Positions 24,349 through 34,522 of a stretch of DNA of 64,000 bases are shown here, piece by piece. The translations under genes were made by a program, and so were the position numbers. Source of the stretch: Eukaryota sp. GEM-RC1 (taxonomy: Eukaryota); NCBI GenBank assembly GCA_040285855.1, contig JAUFOQ010000017.1, positions 186,001-250,000 of the forward strand. Reading direction: 5' to 3'. The notes beneath the pieces are model-generated. The model did not search any database. It had not been told where the DNA came from and saw nothing but the letters and a program-made list of their open reading frames with translations. The first letter of the stretch is position 1; each line of letters opens with the position of its first letter.

Positions 24349-27300
24349 CTATTTTTTAGTCTTTTTTTGTATAGTTGTAGGTGCAGACATCTTCTTAGGT
24401 CTTCTCAGCTTCTCAGGTCGTTGGTTTCCTTCGATGTGGGATTTGGTAATGTGCCAAATGTTCAACGCACTATTGGTGTCTCTGTTCCAAAAAACACCAC
24501 ACTCCTTGTTCTGACAATGAAGCAATCCATGGCAAGGAACCATTTTTGGAGAAGTTTTAATTCTGGTTTCCTCTTGAATTGTTTGCGACAGCTTTGCTTG
24601 AATTTCATCCTTTTCTTCTTCACTTAATGCAATGAGATTTTTTGCATTCATACGAATCTTATTTTTGAGCAATTTTTGTTTCCGCTTAAGTCTCTTCAAC
24701 TCATTCGGGTCTTTGACTTTTATGTCACTAACAGTGTCACCATCCCTGTTAGCAAACACACAAGCAGCACATTTTTTACTGGTACGGAATTCGTCCACCA
24801 AGTAAACATAAAATCCAGCTCTTCTCAAAATATTTCGTAAAAAAGCACCTCGAACTGTAGGTGCTTTTCCTTTCGATGCCTCTTTGCATCCCAATTTCCA
24901 AATCCAATGACGATATCACTGGTATTCTTGTGAGTATCGTCACATAACTCTGGATTTGAGACGATCAATCCAAGCAGCCTCAGATTTTTGATTGTTCATG
25001 TAGGCCAAAAGTTTGTTTCTTCGAAACAATTTAGAGTGATATACAGGGAACAGAAGTTCGTCGTGTTCAAGTTTGGCTTTGCAGTAAGATTGCAATTCGT
25101 TTAGAGTCAAACACTTAGCTGAAAATTGTGATAAGTACAAGATTAGATCTTCGACCGAGAAAGAGCTGACATTTCCAATGTCTGGGACAAATTGAAATGT
25201 TTTTATCAATATATCCACTTCATCAATTGTTTGCCACAGTGTTGTGGTGTTGGAGTTTCGATCCAAAACGAACGTAAATTGGTCTTTGAACTCTTGTGCA
25301 GACTTTTTCAAACTATCAGTCCTTCTTTCAAATTTTCGGCGCCCAGCAGTGTAAACATCAGTCACCCATTTGTTTTTTTGATTTCTTAAATGATGACTTT
25401 TACCAGTTTCATGAACTTCAGACTCATCAAAATTTGTTTCTTCTCTAATTCTGGACCGTTGATCTTCGGCATGCATTTTGGATTTTTCTGTTCTTATATC
25501 TTGCAATTTTAAAAGTTCTTTCTTTTTACTGTGAAGAGCTGGCCTTTTAGTTTTTAACTGATCCTTCAAGACATATGGGATCTGAGGTCCCGTACGTTCT
25601 GCGATCAAATACGCTAGATCGTATTCATTTGGATCTATACCAGCTATTTTTTTGTTTTTCAAATTCTCAAGCTCTAATTTAGACAACTCATCAATGTATT
25701 TTTTCTTCGAATTGCCTGGCAACGCCATCACAATATTTCAGGTCGTTTCTCTTGAGTTGGACGGAAACTCCAAAACCATCGGTTAAAATACCACAATCGA
25801 AGAAATAGTTGTTTGAATTTGATTGTATAGCCGTATGATTGTCATTAATAACGCGACTCCATTTTGCCGTTCTAGAATCAACATCATCAGAAACCACTTC
25901 ATCACCAATCACTTCATCAGAAACCACTTTATCACCAATCACTTCATCAGAAACCACTTTATCACCAAAGAGACCATAGTAGTTACCAATGACACCTAGA
26001 GTGGATGTATCGATTCGGATGTATCCCGGTATTAACTCTGTTCTTTGAGGGAATACGTTATATATGAACAGGGGCATCGGAACTTCTTCTTTTCAATAAT
26101 AGCTGAAGCAATACATGCATTTGAAATTTTTGAAATATCACACATCAGTATGTATGATCTTGAAATGTATTTTTGCCATTTTGACTTCAGTTCGGCAAGA
26201 GCATGTTGTTTTGGAAAGTCTAACATACTGAGCATGGAATTAATAGTATCAAATTCAAAGGGATAGATGGTATCATCCAACAGTTCATTTTCAAAAGCCA
26301 AACACTTGATTGACTTAAATCTTGTCATCAATTCATGTTTGATGAAGTGTTTTGCTTCATCAGTGACAAATTTGGAAAAACGAGTCCACAGTTCAGCAGT
26401 TACTTCTTCTCCATTTAGAACAAATTCAACCAGTTGTTGAATATATTTAGGGAAGCTTAATTCTTTCCATAAATCAATTCTTTTTTCTTGTGACATACTA
26501 AGCAAACTAATTAAACAGCTCCATTTTGTTGCAGATTTAGATCTCAGTAACTCATCGTCTTGAATTTCAGTGATGGTATCAGTATCCTTTAAGTGTTGGA
26601 TAGCAAGAGGTTTAGAAACAAACGAGTGGATTAAACGAAAGACATGAATTAAAGCATCATACGAAAGTAAGTCTATGGAGATTTGTTTAATTGATTCTTC
26701 AAATATTGTAAACTCCATTTTTTTGGCTGGATGAGTTTCAGGAGCATCAATGAATTCCTTGGTTCTAAGTGCAATATTTAGCCAGCGATTAAAGTGATCA
26801 GGAAAATGTGTTTGAATATTATTCATATATGAGGTAAATATTTCTGTGATCGAGTACTCGAGGATTCTAGAGCTTCTTTCGTATTTAGGACGAGTACCCG
26901 CATTTGGAAGGTTTGGAAAAATATTCAAGTGAAAGACATTGGCCATTTCAGAACGAAGACTCAATGTTTCTGCTCTTCTAGTCTTAAATGATACAATTTT
27001 TTGAAAGTCAGGGACTCCGTCTTCTGAAGAAAATCTCTCAAATTGTTTCTCAAACATAGCTGTGACCCAGATTGCCGCACGCACAACTTCCTCTGTGAAC
27101 TTGACTTCAATCGCCTTTTCACAATTTTCAAATTTTGTAACAAAAAGAATTTCAGCAAGAGATATGTTCTTCGAACAATTAAATCAACATCGAACACAAT
27201 CGTCTCGATTTCCATTTTGAGTTTGGTGGGATGTACAAAATTTTCCAAGCCGCATTTTATAATCTTGTAGTGATTGAGTTCTAAAAGGTGTTGAATTTTG

Positions 27301-28291
27301 GGATGCAAGAAATATCGGAAGAGTTCAGAGGTCATACTGTTTTCATGGCAACACTGAAGAATCAGTTGCTGGTCGTGGGAAGATTCAATTATTACCTGAT
27401 TGTAGTTTAGCCTGAGAAGCTGGGTGACTAAGATTTCTAAGCTATTCCTACCACCACAATTGTAAAATTTGGAAGCAACGCTGTGTGTATCAAATATGTT
27501 AAAAACTTCTTCACATTTTGATAGTTGTTGAAAAATAAAGAACGGGATATCAGTAAACCGTTGGTTGATATAGGAAGAGAAATTGAAATTTGGTTGATAA
27601 TGGAGAAACCGCTTCATCAAAGAAGGCATGTCAAAAGTCAAAGCATTGTGCCCAACAAAAAAGATAGGCAGATCCTCTCCTAAATAAGACCAAAATGCAT
27701 TTAGCATATCAAGCTCACCTTCAAATTGAATAGGAGTAATGGTGTCAAGTCTCTCAACAGAATAAGTAGTGAGAAGGCAAGAATCAGAAGGTTCAAATGT
27801 ATTTTGGTTTAAACAAAATGTATGAATGGCAATAATGGTTATTTCATCTTTTTCAAAAACTGGTTCAGGAGAACGCTCGAAATGTTTCTTCTTCAATTCT
27901 GCAACTTCAGCAGCATCCAGAAATTGCTCGGCTTCAGAGATGAGCTGTTGCACACAAGGAGCTTCCGAAATTTGATGGTCAATCGAAGATTTTTCTTTGG
28001 AATTAAGTCGTTTTTTGCCTAAGTTTTTCTTCATTGCTTTGCTTAAGATATCAGCAGCCCATGATAGATTCTGATTTAATTCAACATTTGGATTGGTCTT
28101 TATGGAAAGAAACCAGATTTTTGTGATTTCTCATAATGAGGAAGTTCTAAGGACTTTGACAGTTTAAAAGGTGGAGTCAGACATGATGACTGTTTACTCC
28201 CACGTTGAGTTGCTTGTTCTAGTGACATCATACAATGAACAAAATGGTATTTATTTAATAATGACTTAGTAAATGGCTTAGTAGATCTCAT
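24349..28291 (-). CDS. Fanzor1-type (TnpB-family) RNA-guided nuclease with N-terminal PolB-exonuclease-like domain, about 1,300 aa once ~6 single-base frameshifts are corrected
   Basis: YKIIKC..RTYLLLK, YMNNIQTHF, NVFPQRTELIPGYIRIDT, ILTDGFGVSV, RuvC-I IAGIDPN (~25635), LFRRNKLLAYMNNQKSE, IVIGFGNW, RuvC-II LVDEFRTSKKCAAC (~24790), HGLLHCQNKEC and RuvC-III WNRDTNSALNI (~24480). N-terminal part has ELDMLNAF...FVGHNALTFDMPSLMKR. Confidence 0.88.
25870..25968. repeat. In-frame 30-bp tandem repeat inside the Fanzor gene
   Basis: GDKVVSDEVI-type unit, about three copies. Confidence 0.9.
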
Positions 28292-28376
28292 GTTAGTTCT
28301 CAACTACTCACTATAATTGAATTGCCAACAGAACGAGTTTTTTCAGTGAACGCTACACGTTACAAAATTGAATCTA

Positions 28377-28478
28377 TGCACACAGATAAGAAAAAGTGCA
28401 CACAGATAACAAAATTTTGCACACAGATAACAAGTGCACACATATAGCAAAATTTTACACACGTATAACATTACCCTA
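28377..28478. repeat. Array of TGCACACAGATAA motifs upstream of the Fanzor gene (candidate transposon-end subterminal repeats)
   Basis: Perfect copies at 28377, 28397 and 28418; degenerate copies at 28435 and ~28456; array ends in TTACCCTA. Confidence 0.8.
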
Positions 28479-29078
28479 TTATTTATTAATTGGTAACAAA
28501 TCTGCTTTAGATCACCTTTAAACAGGACTTTAAAAGAATACCATGTTTACATGGTTTGAGAAAAGATCGATAAGACTTGTAAAGAATTCTACAGTATTGA
28601 AAATGTAGAGAAGTTGGTCCTTTAAATAAAGAATCTCTATCAGAGTGTAACAAGAAACCCTAAAGAAACACCATTAGGAAAGTCCTAAGATATCTACTAA
28701 CTAACATTAAACAGAAGTCAATGAAGACACCTTTGCTTTCTTTCCTTTACATAAGGAATGAAGCGTGAAGATTTTGTGCTGATTGGTTGGGTGGGTGGGC
28801 AGTTTTTTATGCAAACAGCAAATATGTTATCTTTTGTACTAACTGAAGGCAAGCAGAGGCTGATACGGGAACCTCACGCTGAAAAAGGGAAACCCCCAAG
28901 TGAGATCTTGCCGAATCACCCATTATGTTTATGTTGTATGCGAGGAGTAGAAGGAAGTAGCTTTATATAGCTGTTTAGGATGGATAGAAACATCCACTTT
29001 TTGAGTTATCACAGTACCTAAAATATATAGTATACAGAGGCTTCAACGAAAGCCTAGAACACAAGTATCGATACATAC

Positions 29079-29606
29079 TTAGGGTTTGTAGCCTTGAATA
29101 AGAAGAAAAAAGGAAGAAAACATACAATCTTTGACACACATAATGGGCAGACAACGAGCTCTTGATGGATCATCATTGTGTACAACCAACACCTCAACAT
29201 CATCATTGTTACAACGAGGAAAACAAGCCCCATCAGCTGTGGCATAAAGTCCCCCTTCGGCTTTACTCTTATCATCACAATCGTCGATAGCATCAGGTAT
29301 CCGAGAAACCATACCAACCAAGTAAACAGTGGTGCTGAGTAGAACACAAATGATCAATAGAAATGTTGCTAAATTGGCCAACTGCGGGTTGTAATTGTTT
29401 CGAAGTAGTGAAACTGTATAAAAGAAGCCAAACGTGGCTACAACCAGAGCAAAAACGAAGGCGTAATGATGCCATTTCAGAGTTAATATGGAGTTGATGA
29501 AACCCAGGCCTATAGTGACCGAGAAGAAAACAAAAAGAAGAACTAGAACTAGATTCCTATGTTGTGGCTTTTTTGGCAGTAAAGGAAGTTGAGGATCAGA
29601 AAACAT
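29079..29606 (-). CDS. Three-TM membrane protein with Cys-rich C-terminal domain, copy 1; probable intron 29093..29125
   Basis: Paralogue of 63064..63588 (PLLPK, GGL.AT.DGACFPRC, LVVHNDDP..RCLPI.C). Splicing gives ...CYKP* in both copies. Confidence 0.75.
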   Translation of the reverse strand: MFSDPQLPLLPKKPQHRNLVLVLLFVFFSVTIGLGFINSILTLKWHHYAFVFALVVATFGFFYTVSLLRNNYNPQLANLATFLLIICVLLSTTVYLVGMVSRIPDAIDDCDDKSKAEGGLYATADGACFPRCNNDDVEVLVVHNDDPSRARCLPIMCVKDCMFSSFFLLIQGYKP

Positions 29607-30297
29607 CTGCTATAAAGTAGTGATGAAGAAGAAATATTGACTACTACACATGCAGTAGGACAAAAACGTCTACCCACCCTAACCTTCACCACTATTTCAT
29701 AACAATGACATCATTGAACACTAGTCTACATGATTTTAAGCATACCTGGAAAAACAAGGGGTTGAACAAAATGCAAGTACAGAAAATACAAAACAACAAG
29801 TAATGTATAATACCAGTATTTTCAGTAGTGAATAAAGACAACAGTGATGTTCAATACTATACTAATAGGTTTCGTTTTCTTATAACAGTTAATTTAAGCT
29901 ATAAAACATTCAGTAAATATACTGTTTTCTGTTTTCATTTTCAGCAACCAAATACTACGGAGTTCATTCATTTTAGTATAGTAGATTAGATGTAGCAAAA
30001 GTCCATTAACTGTTTCAGATATTGATATCCGAAGATGGAATTCAATTCAACACAAATGCAATTTCCAGACGTAGTATCTTACGACTCACAGTAGTGACAA
30101 TAGTAATACATGTGTAAACTGCCGTTTGATCAATATGAGCAGCGAAACCATACAGATCGACATTGATTTAAAAGAAATACTACGAGTAGTGGGTGTTGAT
30201 AATAATACACACTAAATTACACTCCGGGTCAGTGCTAGAGGATTGGTTTGACTCCAGCATGAGTAGGACACGTGACTTCAATTCAACGGACTTCAAT

Positions 30298-31038
30298 CAT
30301 AGTTCGAAATGCGTACGGCACGTTCGGTAGCGTACTCCATACGCGCACGTGCGGAATACGTGCGGCTTCTTTTACCGTATTCCAACGTATTCTTCTTTTC
30401 ATATTCTTTTCTGTTAACCAGCACCTATTATATATTATACAATACTATTTATTGATGAAACAAAAACTACAACTTTTCATCAAGGTAGGGATTCAACAAT
30501 ATCTTCTGGTTCACCTTCAAGAATGTCACGGTCCTTATCTTGAGGTTCAGCAATACACTGATCAATTACCCAGGGGATCACAAAAACTTTTTTTCAGAGA
30601 TTTTAATAATCTGGTGTTTCCGTCTTTGATTGGCGTAAAGAAATACCAAATCGTGCAGGAGTGAAGCTTCCATCATATTGCGTTTCTTGGTTTTAATGAT
30701 GGAGTGCACAATCCAATTTCTCTCGACAGCTGGTTGACTTACAATTTTGATTGGTACTGAACGAAGAATACCATCTCGTGAGCCATTTTTTCCCACAAAG
30801 ATTTGGGTGAACATTTCTCCATGTCTTGCCATGATGGTTGTTTTTTGAAAAAGCTACGTTTGTTCTCGTAATCATAAAACTCATTTAAAGCATCAGTGTT
30901 ATGGACCATATGATAAAAGAAATGCGACACGTGTTTATGTAAGAATACGGTATTCTCGCACGTGTTCTGCCGTACTCCATACGCGCACGTGCGGAATACG
31001 TGCGGCAACTGAATAACACGTTCGCATTTCGAACTATG
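30298..31038. mobile_element. Internally deleted hAT element
   Basis: TIR CATAGTTCGAAATGCG; perfect 8-bp TSD ACTTCAAT (30290-30297, 31039-31046); minus-strand hAT dimerisation remnant VSQPAVERNW..IKTKKRN..LHDLVFLYAN. Confidence 0.92.
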
Positions 31039-31102
31039 ACTTCAATTGACCTTCCTATTCCAAGCTATTCCACATCTTCACTTCCATTTTCAGAACTCGT
31101 TT

Positions 31103-31621
31103 ATGAAACTCGTTTTAGTTATCACATTGTTTTTTGCTCTGGCCTTCGCCGGTTGCCGATGCCCCGGCTCTTGTGGATCTGGATATCGGGGTTCTATTGT
31201 TGATTGCTATTGTTGGTGTCAGCGAACTGCTAACTCCTTGAAAGCATCTTCTGATGCCAAATGTTCTCATTTCCCTAGTGGTTCATACAGCTCTGGTGGA
31301 TGCTCTCTTTGTGCTTCTAACATTAACAGTCTCACCGGCGAAACTTCTGCTGCTGAAGTCTTTGAAAAGAGCCTTTCGGATGCCTTAATTGGAGTCGAAA
31401 CCAATAGCGGAATGATCTTCCCTGTTCGTCGTTGCAGATGTCATGATGGAACCTGTGACTGGGGATATAGCGGCACTTCCAGTCAATGCTCCGCTTGGGC
31501 TAGATCTCAGTCCTCTCGCTTCATCAACGGACAATATACGGTCTCTTTCTTCCCTCGTGGAATGTACTCTTCAGGAGGATGTAGTGTTTGTGGACAGACT
31601 GATCCATGTAAATCCTTTTAA
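31103..31621 (+). CDS. Secreted two-domain cysteine-rich protein, copy 2 (intact, 172 aa)
   Basis: Signal peptide MKLVLVITLFFALAFA; two CRC.G.C..GY.G...C..W...FP.G.YSSGGCS.C domains. Confidence 0.9.
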   Translation: MKLVLVITLFFALAFAGCRCPGSCGSGYRGSIVDCYCWCQRTANSLKASSDAKCSHFPSGSYSSGGCSLCASNINSLTGETSAAEVFEKSLSDALIGVETNSGMIFPVRRCRCHDGTCDWGYSGTSSQCSAWARSQSSRFINGQYTVSFFPRGMYSSGGCSVCGQTDPCKSF

Positions 31622-32159
31622 ATTTGTGAATGTGATAAAGTCATTACATAGAATTGCTTTCACGAAACGACGTACACAAATATACTGTACCGAATCCGAT
31701 TTTAGTACAGAGTCCCTATAGTTGCTTTTGGAGTTGAATTTTCCAACTGCTAAACATGGAGCTAGTGTATGAGTCCACAAAAGAGGTGACTTCCTCAATT
31801 TTATCAGAGTGTACCTAGCGATTGAATGCGTAGGTACGCCACGTATCGTACGTATGGTATGTGTACCGGTACAGTATTTTTGACCGAATTAAACAAATCA
31901 TAGCAGAGTTCATGCAAATGACACAGTTGTCATTCTTCTTATCATAAGACAATACAATTTATATGCTTATAAATATTTATGATGAATTTGTTGAGCCAAA
32001 TATACAAACAAAGTCTATATAAATGATTTGGGATGCAAGTGATTACTTGATCTGGATGACTGTTGTAATAAATTCAATTTGTCCGCACAACAACTAGAAG
32101 TACTCGCAGATTTGTATGATCACAAAAAAACCCAAGTCACTATAATAGTTACTATAATA

Positions 32160-32327
32160 GGACAACTGGGCCGAATACATTCCCAACTCCAGCTTAACGC
32201 TACCAAGAACCGTTACACTAAACACACTCCCTATGAACCAATGTTTGGGTTCTTTGGTCGTAAAGCAGATCCCAGTCTCATAATCAAAGCTCTAGAAGCA
32301 TCCAATTTAAGTAAAGTAACTGCATAA
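32160..32327 (+). mobile_element. Possible retroviral-type integrase C-terminal remnant
   Basis: QLQLNATKNRYTKHTPYEPMFG resembles the N...TP.E..FG motif of Gypsy/Ginger integrases; short and isolated. Confidence 0.4.
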
Positions 32328-32331
32328 TGAT

Positions 32332-34522
32332 TTAAACACCAATTTTTCGTTTTCCAGCATCTGATTTCAATTGTTGTTTGACTTGATCTCCAATAGAGTT
32401 GTTTCCTAGATCGATCTTAATCAATCCCGAATTTACCTTTAAAGCTTCAGAAATGATAGTAGCTCCTTGATCTCCAATGGAGTTGTTTCCTAGATCGATC
32501 GAACTCAAAGTAGAATTTACCTTTAAGGCTTCAGCGATGGCAGTAGCTCCTTGAGCTCCAATGGAGTTTCTGTAGAGATTGATCTTAGCCAATGTCGAAT
32601 TTATCCTTAATGCAGCAAAAATGCCATTAGCTCCTTGGTCACTAATAGAGTTGAAGCGTAGATCGATCCCAGTCAATGTCGAATTTACCTTTAAAGCATC
32701 AGCAATAGCAATCGCTCCCTGGTCTCCAATAGAGTTCTTGCCCAGAAAGATCCCGGTCAATGCGGAATTTACCTTTAAAGCTTCAGCAAGGGCAGTAGCT
32801 CCTTGAGCTCCAATGGAGTTACTGTAGAGATTGATCTGATTCAATTTCGAATTTACCTTTAAAGCTTCAGCAATTGCAGTAACTCCTCGAACTCCAATGG
32901 AGTTGTCGTATAGATTGATCTGAGTCAATGCCGAATTTACCTTTAAAGCTTCGGCAATGACAGTAGCACCCTCATCATCTATGCCTTTTCCGCTAAAACT
33001 GACAGAACCAGAGCCACCCAAACAAGTTTCGTACAACTCCTTGTTTTGAGAATCAAGTGAAAATGGACTGAAAGTAGTAAGTTTACTTGTTAATCTGTCG
33101 AGTCTTTTCGTTAATTCAGAAATGTCGGAAACCTTTGATTGAAGTTGGTTTTGTAATGATTTCGATTCAGTTTTGACATATTGAAGTTCAGTTTTCAGTT
33201 TTTGACATTCAGAATTCAATCGTCCGGATTCTTCAGCGCTCCTCTTAAAATCTTGTTGAGACAGCAAAAGCTTTGACTTTAGCTCGGTTATTACCTTTTC
33301 ACTGTCAGCTTGGTGTTGAGACAATCTGTCCATTGATCTCTTTAAATCAAAAATTTGGGAATCAGTCAATGACTTCAATTCAGCGAGTTCACCCTCTTTT
33401 CATTAACAGCAGATTGCAAAGAAGACCTAAGTGAAATAGTTTCTTCTTTAGACTTAGCAAGGGCCTTTTCAGAAGTCATCAAGTCAGTCTCAATCTTAAC
33501 AAGGGTTTCATTGGCAGATGCTTCACGTTCAGAGATAGATTGAATAGATGTTTGTAGTTTAGCAATTTCAGCATTTAATTGGGCGATAACTATCTCAGGG
33601 GGGAGTACAGTCCGTCACGTCATCAACCACATCATCAACCACGGGTAATTCTCTCTCTTCACCAGCAGGGTTGATGGTACATTCAATTAGACGCTGAACA
33701 GTTCGTTTGTGAGTTGTCTTCACTGTTTGCTCAGTCATGTTGATCAACTTAGTGATTTCTTGGAAGCTACTTCTGAGAGTGGAATCAAATTTGGAATCAA
33801 TGGCTGGATTGAAGCTCACCTTTTACCAGTAATAACGTTGTTCATTATACCATTGGAATCAGTCATTGCAGAATTCAAAAAAGAGGAAAGCTCGACCTTG
33901 GATTGATCAAACAGTTCAGAAATTCTCTTACAAGTTGATTCTATATCTTCAGAAAGCTGCTTATCCATCAGTGATAGTTCCTGGTTAGATGAATTAATCT
34001 TTCCCTCAATTAGAGATCTTCCTTCTTTGAACGGCAGAAGAGATGGTTTATGGCCATCATGGTCTCCAAGTATGGCACATGTGGAGCAAAGTGAAGAAGA
34101 ACAGTGTGTACAGAATAGATCAAAGTCTTTTGGATGGTGCTTGGGACATTGTGGCGCTATGATTGTGTGCTTTTTGATCAAAGGAGTGACAACATGTTTC
34201 TTTAAGGTTTTAGGGCGGTGAATCATGACATTGCAATCTGAACACAAATCAGTTTTACAATCGGGACAATAAACAGTGGCATCGGTATCCTCACATTCAT
34301 CGCAGAGATGTGCTGTCTGTTCTTGTTTAAAGAAAGCTACTGCGTCCCTTAGCTTGATATTGACACAAAGACGGGTCTTCTCAACAGGAGAGCGACAACT
34401 TGGACAACCTTCATTCTGATCAAGCCATTCAAGCAAATGCGACAGACAAAAGTGTGTCCACACCATGTTGTAACAGGGTCTTGGAGGAGCTCTAGGCAAA
34501 TGTCACAGAGGTAGTGTGACAT
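32332..34522 (-). CDS. RING - B-box - B-box - coiled coil - LRR protein (TRIM-like N-terminus, NLRC3-like LRRs); frameshifted
   Basis: CDICLELLQDPVTTWCGHTF/CPSCR RING, CDECE..YCPDC..LCSDC..H, CPKH..LFCTHC..LCSTC..H, coiled coil, then 28-aa NSIGDQGATAIAEALKVNS repeats. Confidence 0.85.

Noticed and set aside
28377..28470. CRISPR-like array beside the RuvC nuclease
   Set aside because: Repeats are 13 bp with 4-8 bp gaps, too short for spacers, and the context is eukaryotic. They fit protein-binding subterminal repeats better.
24224..28520. Small-GTPase-like gene (..YLLIGNKS..) interrupted by the Fanzor cassette
   Set aside because: Joining the flanks gives only a short motif with nearby stops and no P-loop; compatible with chance.
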